Translations under genes and position numbers: made by a program | In this document: piece after piece, positions 1 to 9,182 of the stretch | Layout: each line of letters opens with the position of its first letter | How positions within the stretch are numbered: the stretch's first letter is position 1 | Sequence record: PX418922.1 | Reading direction: 5' to 3' (one strand) | Origin: a phage | DNA length: 64,000 nt | Notes under the pieces: generated by a model | The model's database searches: none | Told to the model about the DNA's origin: nothing | The model's input: only the letters and a program-made list of their open reading frames with translations

Positions 1-20
1 GCTAAGAACATTTTTCCTCC

Positions 21-1136
21 TTATTCTGCTGGTTCCCAAGTGCCTGGGATCATTTCTCGAATACGAACACCAACAGGTTTTGTTGGAATACCTTCATCTG
101 AAAATTCTTCATACTCTATTTCAACGAACTGATTAATCAAGGTAGAAGCATTCTCTGCTTTACGATAATTGATAGTCTCATGAGCATCTTTACGCATTAA
201 GAATTCGACTACTTTACCATTTTCCATCTCACCTGTCAACACTCCATCACCATTTTTATCACTTTTTGAATTTGTTACTTTAACTTCAAGGGTGTGGCGA
301 GGCTTACGTTTAATAACGTCATAAGAACGTTTATCAAATTCGTAAACTCCGTGAGCATTACGATATACTACACCTTCAGCTTTCTCAAGTAAAGCTTTTT
401 CATAGAAAGCATCAAACTGTTCTTGGTTTTCAATATACTCTGTATGAACTACGCAAATAAGCTCGTCAAGACCATAATCTTCAACTACTGCCTTAAGAGC
501 AGCAAGAACATCAACACGTTTTTCAAACGGTAGATCTGGAACTGGAATATCATATACGTAATAATTCAGCAAAGGTGTATTTGCATTATGCTTCTTCCAG
601 GCACTGTTAATTTGTTGCAGACTAAGGACACCTAACCCAGCAAACACTTCACCATCAAGAGGATGACCAACAACTTCACTAATAAAGTTTGGAATACCTT
701 TCCAATGAGGTGGCAGGTTATACACTTCTCCAGCTTTTGATAAACACTCCCCTTTCATGTTAATCATAGAACGTAACCCGTTCAGTTTGTATTGTGCATA
801 ACCAGGGAACACAACCCTTTCAGGATAATCTTTATAATCCTGGCATTTCATTGGTGTGGAAGGAACATGGTTTTCAGCTTCTTCTTTTGTTTTATAATAG
901 CCATTCTTTAACTGTTTTGTCCATTTGGCAAAAGCTTCAAGTTCAGCTTGTTCTTCCGGTGTTGTTTCATTGGAACGACCAATGTTTTTTGCTTCTGCTG
1001 TATAAGATTTTTCTGTGATTTTTCCACCTACCCTTCCATGAGCTACAGTAACAACTGCACCATCTGTATACACTGTCCACTGTTTAAGTTTTCCTTTTGA
1101 ATCTTTACCATACAGCGTTTGATTTGTTTGTTGCAT
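21..1136 (-). CDS. ATP-dependent polynucleotide ligase (DNA or RNA ligase)
   Basis: Nucleotidyltransferase motifs in translation: motif I KLNGLR, DGEVF, EGVVYRN, lysine-rich motif V region; start set at MQQTN because GGGAGG RBS precedes it (first ATG of track ORF lies in the RBS). Confidence 0.55.
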   Translation of the reverse strand: MQQTNQTLYGKDSKGKLKQWTVYTDGAVVTVAHGRVGGKITEKSYTAEAKNIGRSNETTPEEQAELEAFAKWTKQLKNGYYKTKEEAENHVPSTPMKCQDYKDYPERVVFPGYAQYKLNGLRSMINMKGECLSKAGEVYNLPPHWKGIPNFISEVVGHPLDGEVFAGLGVLSLQQINSAWKKHNANTPLLNYYVYDIPVPDLPFEKRVDVLAALKAVVEDYGLDELICVVHTEYIENQEQFDAFYEKALLEKAEGVVYRNAHGVYEFDKRSYDVIKRKPRHTLEVKVTNSKSDKNGDGVLTGEMENGKVVEFLMRKDAHETINYRKAENASTLINQFVEIEYEEFSDEGIPTKPVGVRIREMIPGTWEPAE

Positions 1137-1357
1137 TAGTCCTCCCATTTAAAAACTGAAATTTTCAATCTGTTACACACTTCATCCAAATCTGCGTCGA
1201 GTAACGTTGTAGATGTTGCCAACATATAATCAATGCTTGTGAAACCTTGCCCTTTGGCATAGTCAAACATATCTTCATACATATCTTCAAGATCACCGTC
1301 ATCAAAAGTAGCTAGAAAATCCTCGTCCCCACTACGAACATAAAATGCAGTACTCAT
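1136..1357 (-). CDS. hypothetical acidic protein
   Basis: ORF in tight operon packing with neighbours; no recognisable motif. Confidence 0.4.
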   Translation of the reverse strand: MSTAFYVRSGDEDFLATFDDGDLEDMYEDMFDYAKGQGFTSIDYMLATSTTLLDADLDEVCNRLKISVFKWED

Positions 1358-1542
1358 TCATCTTCATCCCAAGATTCAAAAACGCAGCAATCATCGGTTT
1401 CTATAATACCAACACGTCCGCAGGTATTGCAAGTGATTTTATCACCGTAGAATAAATAATTTTTATCACCCTCTGTGTTTACAGTTATGTCATTACTACC
1501 ACAAGGGCAAGTCAGCCAACCAACAACGATATCTTTTTTCAT
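1354..1542 (-). CDS. small zinc-ribbon protein
   Basis: CPCG...CNTCG cysteine pairs; 4-nt overlap with flanking ORFs. Confidence 0.4.
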   Translation of the reverse strand: MKKDIVVGWLTCPCGSNDITVNTEGDKNYLFYGDKITCNTCGRVGIIETDDCCVFESWDEDE

Positions 1543-1862
1543 AATCCATCCTTAATGAGTTCGTAAATCTCTTCCTGAAGAGCATCGATCTCTTCCTCCA
1601 AACGAGAGATCTCTTCTTTTAGATATACCATTTCGGATTCTTTCTCTTCTAACTCATTTTCAAATTTTACTTTATTCGCCTCATTTTCATAATGGAGTTC
1701 AGCGTAATCATCGCGCATTTGTTCAATAAGATGAATCAGAGACAAGATGTAATTATCTCCCGTTTCATCACGCCATTCTTCACCGTGGCGGAGAACGGTA
1801 ATTCGTCCAGTATCTTCATCTAAAATTGTCTCATATTTACGATCATCTGTATAAATCTGCAT
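1539..1862 (-). CDS. hypothetical coiled-coil protein
   Basis: Heptad-rich C-terminus (EEISRLEEEIDALQEEIYELIK); operon packing. Confidence 0.4.
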   Translation of the reverse strand: MQIYTDDRKYETILDEDTGRITVLRHGEEWRDETGDNYILSLIHLIEQMRDDYAELHYENEANKVKFENELEEKESEMVYLKEEISRLEEEIDALQEEIYELIKDGL

Positions 1863-1871
1863 TATTACTCC

Positions 1872-2276
1872 TTATTGAAGTTTAAGTGAACCACGAAGAC
1901 GTTTCTCTTGCTGATCACGAATATATTGTGGAACCTCGTGAATTGAATCATTACCGTGCCTATTTTCAACAACTAAAGAGATAACTTGATAACCAAACTC
2001 TTCAGCAAGAGTTAGATAAGGTTTAAGTTCTTTCTCTGTGGTTGAAGTGTTAGAAACAATAATCTTGTTAAGATTAGATGCCATAGCATCACGAACAATA
2101 CTCTGACACCATGCGTGTGCTTTACCTACGTTTTCTGGCTTCCAATCGTAAACACCACTTTCTGTGTAATGATATTGATCTGCCTCACAGATAGGCCAAT
2201 AACCTTCAGAAATAATTTCTGCTACTGTAGATTTACCAGCACCTGAAACGCCACGTAAAATGATAAGTTGTTTCAT
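1872..2276 (-). CDS. P-loop polynucleotide 5'-kinase-like protein
   Basis: Walker A GVSGAGKST at N-terminus, small size, adjacent to ligase and phosphoesterase as in Pnkp-type RNA repair enzymes. Confidence 0.6.
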   Translation of the reverse strand: MKQLIILRGVSGAGKSTVAEIISEGYWPICEADQYHYTESGVYDWKPENVGKAHAWCQSIVRDAMASNLNKIIVSNTSTTEKELKPYLTLAEEFGYQVISLVVENRHGNDSIHEVPQYIRDQQEKRLRGSLKLQ

Positions 2277-3209
2277 TTATCCTCCAAAGAAGTTTTCGAT
2301 TTTTTCACGTCGCTCCTGCTGATTTAAAGCAGCCCATTGAGTCTTCGTAAAATTATTTCGAATCCATTCTAACAAAGCGTAATATTCTTCGTCAACAATT
2401 TGTTTGGCATTTTTTGGATTATCCCAAATCAGATCCCACTTTTTATCTCCACCACGCATAAGAAACTTCTTAGTAAGATAGTGTGGTGATTTAATTTTTA
2501 AAAGTAAGTTGAACGGATAGTTTGTTTCACGAACTACAAATCCTTCGTGTTTACAATGTTTAGACATTTCAACAACATCTGAAAACTTAACCATTGGATG
2601 AACTTCAGGACGCTTAAATTTGGTGACAGAAGCAATTCCATCAAGAGCACCTTCAGGTAACATAAAACTTGTCCCATCAGGATTTTGAATTCTGGCACCA
2701 ATTAAGTATGCACCTGGTTCTTCTTCGACAATATGCGGATCAGAAGGATCACAGATTTCAAAAAGGAAAGTTGCTTTTGCACTCTCTGTCCATTTGATGA
2801 AATGTTCTATGTCATCACACTCTGAAATAATATGATTCTTTGCAATACTTGCAAAATCTGATTCAAGGCTTCCTGTTGTCGATACAATAAGTTGACCTTT
2901 ATATACACCTACAGAGGCCATAAAACCATTTACTTTACGAACCACATCTACAAATTCATCCGCTGGTAGATCTGTGCCATTCTCAAAACGATTAAAAATC
3001 TTAGTGAAAGGCCAAATAACAACATTGTCATCAGCGTCAACAACGATTCCGCGACATTCTAGAAGACGAGAATCAATGTTCCATAGGTTATCCCAGAAAA
3101 CTTTGTTCTTATACTTAAGAACAGATAGACCAGAATACTCTCCTTCTTTATATGTTTTCTTATGAACTAAACCTTTTTCAACTAAATCGTCGCAATTAAA
3201 TTTAGCCAC
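2277..3209 (-). CDS. RNA ligase-like nucleotidyltransferase (Rnl1-like)
   Basis: Motif I KVNGFM about 90 aa from N-terminus, EG motif HEGFVVRE, motif V LLLKIKSP. Confidence 0.55.
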   Translation of the reverse strand: MAKFNCDDLVEKGLVHKKTYKEGEYSGLSVLKYKNKVFWDNLWNIDSRLLECRGIVVDADDNVVIWPFTKIFNRFENGTDLPADEFVDVVRKVNGFMASVGVYKGQLIVSTTGSLESDFASIAKNHIISECDDIEHFIKWTESAKATFLFEICDPSDPHIVEEEPGAYLIGARIQNPDGTSFMLPEGALDGIASVTKFKRPEVHPMVKFSDVVEMSKHCKHEGFVVRETNYPFNLLLKIKSPHYLTKKFLMRGGDKKWDLIWDNPKNAKQIVDEEYYALLEWIRNNFTKTQWAALNQQERREKIENFFGG

Positions 3210-3210
3210 A

Positions 3211-3762
3211 TTACTCTCCTTTGATTATTTTGTGATGGTCTACAGTTACGATATCTCGTTTACTCATCATAGAAATTATCTCATCAAAATGTAAGATTTT
3301 TCCGTGTGCATCCCAACCCACATCTAACATTTTACCATAAGCTTCATCAGGGAAAGATCCGTGGGAATGCCCGTGTAGCATGATTGATCCACGACCTTGT
3401 TTATTCCAGGAGGCCATAGGGTAATGGCTTAAGACGAAGAACAGCTTCTGATATTTCACTTCGTCATAATACACCACTTCTCCATACTCTGCAAGCACTT
3501 CTCGGTGTTTGCTGTAATCATGGTTCCCAACACAATAAGTGATATCCCCTTGGAGGCGGGAAGCAATCTTACGGGTATCTTCTTCAGTCCCGAAACAGAA
3601 GTCACCCAAATGCCACATCTTGACACCTGGACTCGTAGCGCATTTATTCCATGCTTCGATCAGTGCTTCCGTCATGTGGTCCATATCTTCCCACGGTCGA
3701 TATTCAGGAGCAAACTCTCGTATACGTTTGTGCATAAAATGCAAATCACTTGTAATAAACAT
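3211..3762 (-). CDS. calcineurin-like metallophosphoesterase
   Basis: Signature DLHF...GD...GNHD...HGHSH metal-binding motifs. Confidence 0.7.
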   Translation of the reverse strand: MFITSDLHFMHKRIREFAPEYRPWEDMDHMTEALIEAWNKCATSPGVKMWHLGDFCFGTEEDTRKIASRLQGDITYCVGNHDYSKHREVLAEYGEVVYYDEVKYQKLFFVLSHYPMASWNKQGRGSIMLHGHSHGSFPDEAYGKMLDVGWDAHGKILHFDEIISMMSKRDIVTVDHHKIIKGE

Positions 3763-4118
3763 TAGTATAATCCCTCGCTAAATAGGTCACGATCATGACC
3801 ATTACGTTCGTAGTCAATCTGGTCTGCGTGTTTTGCAATAATGTATGCATCTTCACGACTCCACCAATTGTAGTATTGATCAATAAAACCTTGATTGTTT
3901 GGAAGACAATGCACTTTATCAAGCACACCTGCTTCTTTCAATGCATTCAATTGTGCAGATAATACAGGATTTGCATGTCGAACACAAGGAATAATTAACT
4001 CTTCACCATTATTCAAAATATACTTATTTGCAGCACAGACGATAATACGTTGCGCATAATGACCCTCACCAATCCAGGTAAGAGGTTGGTAACAAATATT
4101 GTTTTCAATACCACTCAT
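3762..4118 (-). CDS. hypothetical protein
   Basis: ORF with overlapping start/stop to phosphoesterase gene. Confidence 0.45.
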   Translation of the reverse strand: MSGIENNICYQPLTWIGEGHYAQRIIVCAANKYILNNGEELIIPCVRHANPVLSAQLNALKEAGVLDKVHCLPNNQGFIDQYYNWWSREDAYIIAKHADQIDYERNGHDRDLFSEGLY

Positions 4119-4277
4119 TGTTTCCTAATCCTCTTCTCTTAAGTTATCCTCGATAAAACTAGTATCTGGAAGTAAAAGATCATTACTTGTGTCGGGCCAA
4201 TCCTCTTCTTCTCGGTAGATAAAATAACCTTCGTCCTCTTCTTGTTCCGACCAAACCGAATGATGCATGTTCTCTCC

Positions 4278-4634
4278 TTAATAGTGCACACGAATCATTT
4301 TAATACCATAACGCAGCATGGATTCTTTTGCAAGCATGAATTTATCCCCAGCGGCTGGATTAGAAGTATGCACGAAAATGGTAGGTGAACCAAAGCAAGG
4401 TTTACCAAACGCCAGAAGTTCTTCCAGGCACAGGAAAACATCATACCCATCTTGGTCAGAATCTTCACCCAAATCGTTGTCAAAATGCCACTCGTCTACA
4501 AAACGATAACCCTTCTGCACCTCATTCATGTAGCGAGAGGCAAGAAGTTCCTGTGATGTTTTAAACCAGATTGCATCTGGACAACCATAATCTTTTGGAT
4601 CACGTAAATCATCAAGCCAAATAATAGTACCCAT
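4278..4634 (-). CDS. hypothetical protein (possible receiver-like domain)
   Basis: ORF; acidic DNDLGEDSDQDGYDV segment; function not recognisable. Confidence 0.4.
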   Translation of the reverse strand: MGTIIWLDDLRDPKDYGCPDAIWFKTSQELLASRYMNEVQKGYRFVDEWHFDNDLGEDSDQDGYDVFLCLEELLAFGKPCFGSPTIFVHTSNPAAGDKFMLAKESMLRYGIKMIRVHY

Positions 4635-4644
4635 ATAACCTCCT

Positions 4645-5115
4645 CTAAGCTGGCATGATTAAAAAAGAACTCTCCACTTCAAAATGCCAATCATCTACAA
4701 GCCCTGATTCCCAATCCTTCTCTTCATGGAAAGAGCAAATCCAACGGTACATACCTGGCGGTGTATTCTCAACATCTTCTGGCAACCCGTAATCCAAAGC
4801 TGTCAAACCGTTCTCTGTAAAACTAGAATGGAGATTAGGAGCTTTCAATACAGAAACCCTGCCTCCAACATCTACAGCCACAATCCACTCTGTCATGTAT
4901 GGGCTGTCATATTGAGGCTCATCAGAACCTACCTCAACAGCCTCTGTGCGTAAGATGATAAGAGGCTGCTCTGTGATTGGGGCTTTGACAATATACCCGT
5001 GATCCTCAAAAAGATCGATAACCTCGAACTCATCGCCGTTTTCGACACCATAACTCTTATTCAAAGAGATAAACTTCGGGTTATCATCGTAAGCTTTAGT
5101 TACTTTAATTCTCAT
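4645..5115 (-). CDS. hypothetical protein
   Basis: 156-aa ORF in early leftward operon. Confidence 0.45.
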   Translation of the reverse strand: MRIKVTKAYDDNPKFISLNKSYGVENGDEFEVIDLFEDHGYIVKAPITEQPLIILRTEAVEVGSDEPQYDSPYMTEWIVAVDVGGRVSVLKAPNLHSSFTENGLTALDYGLPEDVENTPPGMYRWICSFHEEKDWESGLVDDWHFEVESSFLIMPA

Positions 5116-5336
5116 TTTTCCTCCTTCACTTTAACCTCAAATTCTACAGGCTTACCCTCAATGTAAAAACACTGATACTCTGCCTTATCATCCTCATCAC
5201 GAGGCCAAGTTACCAAGGAGTTATAGCAATCTTCTGGTGTTTTGAAGATGTTTTTAGTCTCCACAGTAACATTCCCATTAAGTGTTGCCAATACCACCCA
5301 CCCAGCTACAGGGATCATAGTGCCTCCACTTTCCAC
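5112..5336 (-). CDS. hypothetical protein
   Basis: ORF with 4-nt overlap to downstream gene. Confidence 0.35.
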   Translation of the reverse strand: MESGGTMIPVAGWVVLATLNGNVTVETKNIFKTPEDCYNSLVTWPRDEDDKAEYQCFYIEGKPVEFEVKVKEEK

Positions 5337-5493
5337 GTTTTACCCTTATCAACCAAGGTCTTTGCTACAGCATACTCCTTCCCATTAACAAGGAAATAAT
5401 AAACGATAAAAGATTTCCCGATTGTTACTGTCTTAGTAACCTCTACACGTTTAACACCTTGCATGTATTTTGCCTTACCGGAATAGAGTAAAA

Positions 5494-5775
5494 TCATTTT
5501 GCATTCCTCTTGTTGTTGATAACATCCATAGCAGTATATGGTTTATTAGTGCCATGATACTCCAGAATCATTGGAGAGCCTTCTTGCACTACTTCAAAGA
5601 TACCATAAACAGAACTTTCAGCAAATACCATTTGCTTCGTGCCTTCATCGTTTACAACGAGAGAAAACTTCTTGCCTGTCCCGTTGAGGATCTCGTATTT
5701 CTTGCCAGCAGTGAATAATCCAGAGTACCACTCATTATCTGTTGCTTTTACACACTTCAGGAAAGTCTTGATCAT
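5494..5775 (-). CDS. hypothetical protein
   Basis: ORF, operon packing. Confidence 0.4.
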   Translation of the reverse strand: MIKTFLKCVKATDNEWYSGLFTAGKKYEILNGTGKKFSLVVNDEGTKQMVFAESSVYGIFEVVQEGSPMILEYHGTNKPYTAMDVINNKRNAK

Positions 5776-6125
5776 TTCTTTTTGCTCCTCTTTTTAGATT
5801 TCTCATACAAACCTAACACAGCCGCTTCTTTTGCACAAGTAGGAACTGAAGTCATCCCTCTTCTTTTTGCTTCTGGTAGTTGCAAAGTCCATATTCCCCA
5901 CCAATAAATTTGGTCTGCCGTGAGTGGTTCAGCCATTGGATCTGCCTCCTGCTCCTCAAGACGTTGCAACGCTTCTTCAATCTTCTCGATTGGTGTGTCA
6001 AAGACGAATGCCTCCGTATCAAATTTATCTTTCTTAGGAACTGATTTGGCTACTTTGAGAACCTCGTTTTTCGGTTTCTTAGTAACGTTCTTTGGCTTTG
6101 ATAACTTCTTCGGTGTTTTCGCCAC
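5772..6125 (-). CDS. hypothetical lysine-rich protein
   Basis: Lys-rich N- and C-terminal tails flanking an acidic core; possible nucleic-acid binder. Confidence 0.4.
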   Translation of the reverse strand: MAKTPKKLSKPKNVTKKPKNEVLKVAKSVPKKDKFDTEAFVFDTPIEKIEEALQRLEEQEADPMAEPLTADQIYWWGIWTLQLPEAKRRGMTSVPTCAKEAAVLGLYEKSKKRSKKK

Positions 6126-6318
6126 TTACTACCTCCATACGATCTAAAAAGTCATTCACAAATCTCCAGTAACGTTGACCTGTTCTAAGATCTTCATAGA
6201 TAACCACAGGATCAAACACTTTAGATATTCCGGCAGGTTTTGGAAATTCCACTACTGTATATAAACCACCTTTTGCTACACAAGAATAGGTTACGCCTGT
6301 AATTGGATAGTTGCTCAT
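6079..6318 (-). CDS. hypothetical protein
   Basis: ORF. Confidence 0.35.
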   Translation of the reverse strand: MSNYPITGVTYSCVAKGGLYTVVEFPKPAGISKVFDPVVIYEDLRTGQRYWRFVNDFLDRMEVVSGENTEEVIKAKERY

Positions 6319-6509
6319 TTCTTTACGTACTCCATGATTGGGGTATGGTCGCCAGTAAGCGTAACACGGCTGTAGGACACATCTTGTGTCTTCAATGTAT
6401 CAATCCACTCTAAGAAGTGTTCTTTCGCTTCTGTGTAGTTCTGTGTGCCTTTAACAACGTGTATACCATCTAGTGTTACACGGAATACCATTTGAATAAC
6501 GTCTTTCAT
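6315..6509 (-). CDS. hypothetical protein
   Basis: ORF. Confidence 0.35.
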   Translation of the reverse strand: MKDVIQMVFRVTLDGIHVVKGTQNYTEAKEHFLEWIDTLKTQDVSYSRVTLTGDHTPIMEYVKK

Positions 6510-6605
6510 TTCTTACCTCCTTTGTTGTCAAAGTAGCTTACCAGAACATCGTGAACCACACACATGGCAAAAATCAGAACAATTGTTGCCAGGATTGGGT
6601 TCTCA

Positions 6606-6929
6606 CTAATTAGTGCTATCATCTTTAACCACCTCCAATTGCCTTTCGAGTTTGACTTTGTTTGAGAACTGATAATGACACAACTTACATTGCATGTCAA
6701 CAATCTGATCGTGATTTAACCCTACAATTTTAACTTCCTTTGCACCATCCCACTCCAAATACTCAAAGTCATCCAAATGATTACTCTTGTCCAACAAGAA
6801 TGCTATCTGCTGCCATTCGATCTGAATGTCATTTAAATGATATGCTGCACAGAAGATATCCTCATAGTAAAAGACGATCATTGTCATTACTTCGTCCAGT
6901 ACAACTACCTCTTGTCTTGTAAATCTCAT
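6606..6929 (-). CDS. hypothetical protein (first gene of leftward early operon)
   Basis: ORF immediately left of divergent control region. Confidence 0.4.
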   Translation of the reverse strand: MRFTRQEVVVLDEVMTMIVFYYEDIFCAAYHLNDIQIEWQQIAFLLDKSNHLDDFEYLEWDGAKEVKIVGLNHDQIVDMQCKLCHYQFSNKVKLERQLEVVKDDSTN

Positions 6930-7186
6930 TCTAGCCTCCTAAACGCGTCTCTGACGCACTTTTTATATATAAGATGATAAATCACCTTACCTAGTAAGTA
7001 AACTTGCTCTACGAGCCTCTTATGAAGCTTATGTTATAGGCTATACTATTGCTACCTGTTTAAGCAAGGTTTTTTGCACACAGAAAATAATTTTTTAATA
7101 AAACTCTTGACTTTTGTGTTCGAAGTATGCTACCCTAGAAATCTATTAACGAGCGCAGCGAGTTAAGGTTTTAGGTTGTTGATGTA

Positions 7187-7220
7187 GTACTCTGTACTCA
7201 AGTACTGTACTCCGTACTAG
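7187..7220. repeat. tandem heptad repeat (GTACTCN)x5
   Basis: Direct reading of sequence. Confidence 0.7.
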
Positions 7221-7385
7221 ATTAATAATTATTAAATATTAATAATAAATAATTATTAGATCTAACAAACAGGTACAGTGTATCAGAACTGGTACGTACA
7301 GATCAACTTCTATCAATTAAAAAATAAAATAATAAATTATTATAAATAATACTTGATCTATAGATCAGTATGAAGTACAGTACGT
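7187..7385. promoter_or_regulatory. divergent control region: GTAC-type tandem repeats flanking AT-rich palindromes (candidate operator array or origin)
   Basis: Five tandem about-7-bp units GTACTCT GTACTCA AGTACT GTACTCC GTACTAG at 7187-7220; near-palindromic TAATAATTATTAAATATTAATAATAAATAATTATTA at 7221-7257; GGTACAG / GGTACGTACAG / GTACAGTACGT copies at 7271-7301 and 7374-7385; GATCTATAGATC palindrome at 7355-7366. Confidence 0.5.
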
Positions 7386-7413
7386 AACATCTTAACAAGA
7401 ATGGAGGTGTGCA

Positions 7414-7599
7414 ATGATTAGTGAGAATCCGTGCAAATGGCATCATGTGCCTATTAAAGATTGTATGTCTTGTAATCCACGTTCTATTTATAACATTGCA
7501 TCTTATGATGATGACAATGTGTTAGACGATGATGAAGGCTGGGAGGATTTAGATTGGACTGGTTATGAAACCAAAAGGGATAAAATTATTCCTAGTTGA
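7414..7599 (+). CDS. hypothetical protein
   Basis: ATG preceded by GGAGG; acidic C-terminus. Confidence 0.4.
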   Translation: MISENPCKWHHVPIKDCMSCNPRSIYNIASYDDDNVLDDDEGWEDLDWTGYETKRDKIIPS

Positions 7600-7636
7600 C
7601 TTAAGATATCCTTCGTGCTAAACTAGAAGTGAGGAG

Positions 7637-7888
7637 ATGCCGATCACTCCCCATTTGGGGTTCGAAGGATATATGCAAAATAGCTTTTATTTTAGGTGCC
7701 GTGCTTGTAATAGGCATTTGACAAACCACTCCAGACGTGATAAAAATGGAGTCATCAAGGAATCAGACCTCTGTTCTATTTGCACAGGTTTGGCTTTTGA
7801 TGATAGTCCCGAAAGGGTTTATCAGCATCAATATATAACAGACGTTCTCGTGTCAAACTTGGTAGAGGACGAACAACTAACAGATTAG
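7637..7888 (+). CDS. small zinc-finger protein
   Basis: CRACNRH...CSIC cysteine pairs; true start may be the internal Met (MQNSF). Confidence 0.35.
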   Translation: MPITPHLGFEGYMQNSFYFRCRACNRHLTNHSRRDKNGVIKESDLCSICTGLAFDDSPERVYQHQYITDVLVSNLVEDEQLTD

Positions 7889-7896
7889 GAGGAACA

Positions 7897-8145
7897 ATGT
7901 CTCTATTAGAAAAACACGTGTTTGAAGATGGTAACGGCAATGCAGTTTTTCTTTTCCATCCAGAAAAATACACATCTGAAAACAATGGTACAACTTCTAT
8001 TGTAATCACTAAAGATGTTAAAGTTATTGATTTCTTGGCTCTGATGCGAGAGATGGATCTTGAAATTAATACTTTTAACGCAGAAGCTTTGGTTGTTGCT
8101 CTTCTGGAAAAGAAAGATAGTGAAGAAGTAGCAGAATATGCTTAA
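7897..8145 (+). CDS. hypothetical protein
   Basis: ATG preceded by AGGAGGAACA. Confidence 0.45.
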   Translation: MSLLEKHVFEDGNGNAVFLFHPEKYTSENNGTTSIVITKDVKVIDFLALMREMDLEINTFNAEALVVALLEKKDSEEVAEYA

Positions 8146-8153
8146 ATAACTAT

Positions 8154-8183
8154 TGACAAACGTATCCTTCATATGTTAGGATA
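8154..8183 (+). promoter_or_regulatory. sigma70-like promoter (TTGACA-N18-TAGGAT)
   Basis: Member of recurring CTATTGACAA family; upstream of first tRNA block. Confidence 0.5.
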
Positions 8184-8391
8184 CGTTCATCAAGTGTGGT
8201 AACAGTGTCGTTGACTTTTGTTAAGAGGGGCTTGCACTGCGGTAGTGTTAGAGACTACTTCTTCAGAGGTTAGCTACCAAAGAGGAAAAGGAACAGTCTC
8301 GGCTCAAGAACTTTTACGCTGAAAGTTGGGCTTGGTCTTAGAGAATGTAGCGGTTCTCTACAATCGTCAGCGTCTCTGTTACCACATTTAT

Positions 8392-8463
8392 GGCCCTGTA
8401 GCTCAATGGGAGAGCTGTCGGCTCATAACCGATAGGTAGCTGGATCGAAACCAGCCAGGGCCA
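8392..8463 (+). tRNA. tRNA-Met (anticodon CAT)
   Basis: Hand-folded cloverleaf: 7-bp acceptor GGCCCTG/CAGGGCC, D-stem GCTC/GAGC, anticodon loop CTCATAA, T-arm, encoded CCA. Confidence 0.7.
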
Positions 8464-8468
8464 CCAAC

Positions 8469-8540
8469 GTCTTTATGGTGTAATGGATAGCACAGGAGTC
8501 TTCTAAACTCTTAGTCAAGGTTCGATTCCTTGTAAAGACA
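8469..8540 (+). tRNA. tRNA-Arg (anticodon TCT)
   Basis: Hand-folded cloverleaf: acceptor GTCTTTA/TAAAGAC, anticodon loop CTTCTAA, T-loop TTCGATT, CCA encoded. Confidence 0.65.
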
Positions 8541-8739
8541 CCAGAACATTTTAACATGAATTAGCTCAAGTGATTTGAACCCACTACTGATCATGGTGGC
8601 AGAGAATGAGGCAAGTATGTCAGACATTATAAACAAAGGCCACGGTTATATTAGAAGACATAAATGCTCGAAGAGCACCGCTCGTGGAGAACGGGGGTTG
8701 GTGGAGTCACCATTCATGGTAAAATGTTTTAAAAAACTA

Positions 8740-8769
8740 TTGACAACTAACATTATTTTATGTTAGATT
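8740..8769 (+). promoter_or_regulatory. sigma70-like promoter (TTGACA-N17/18-TAGAT)
   Basis: CTATTGACAA family member directly upstream of tRNA-Ser. Confidence 0.5.
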
Positions 8770-8777
8770 ATAAGTAT

Positions 8778-8865
8778 GGAAGGGCAAATCGACGTGGCGA
8801 CGAAAACGGTCTTGAAAACCGCCGAGCTTGAAAGAGCCTTGGGAGTTCGACTCTCCCTCCTTCCG
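8778..8865 (+). tRNA. tRNA-Ser (anticodon TGA), long variable arm
   Basis: Acceptor GGAAGGG/TCCTTCC, anticodon loop CTTGAAA, long extra arm, T-loop TTCGACT, CCA encoded. Confidence 0.65.
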
Positions 8866-8872
8866 CCAGATT

Positions 8873-8955
8873 GGTAGATTGGTGAAATGGTAGCCACGAC
8901 AGTTTGCTAAACTGTAGTCGGAAACGGCGTGTAGGTTCGAGTCCTACATCTACCG
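8873..8955 (+). tRNA. tRNA-Ser (anticodon GCT), long variable arm
   Basis: Acceptor GGTAGAT/ATCTACC, anticodon stem ACAGT/ACTGT with loop TTGCTAA, extra arm, CCA encoded. Confidence 0.7.
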
Positions 8956-9088
8956 CCAAGTTCTTTTTAATATAGCTTACTTTAGCAGAGTAAATCTTCG
9001 GCAAGTGGCGGTAACCACTTTACCGATAACTCATAGTTAGTGGTGTGAACACTGGCTATTTTAAAAAGAATTTAAATATTAGCATTTA

Positions 9089-9173
9089 GGTGAGTTAATT
9101 CCGTAGGGGTAGCGGGGCAGACTGTAAATCTGTTATCATTGCGATTCGGGTGGTTCGACTCCATCACTCACCA
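9089..9173 (+). tRNA. tRNA-Tyr (anticodon GTA), long variable arm
   Basis: Acceptor GGTGAGT/ACTCACC, anticodon loop CTGTAAA, extra arm hairpin, CCA encoded. Confidence 0.7.
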
Positions 9174-9182
9174 CCAAATTAA

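Noticed and set aside
8575-8766. 63-aa plus-strand ORF between tRNA genes
   Set aside because: No RBS, ends inside a promoter element; more likely non-coding spacer
8768-9004. 78-aa minus-strand ORF
   Set aside because: Overlaps two hand-folded tRNA-Ser genes; the translation is the reverse complement of tRNA sequence
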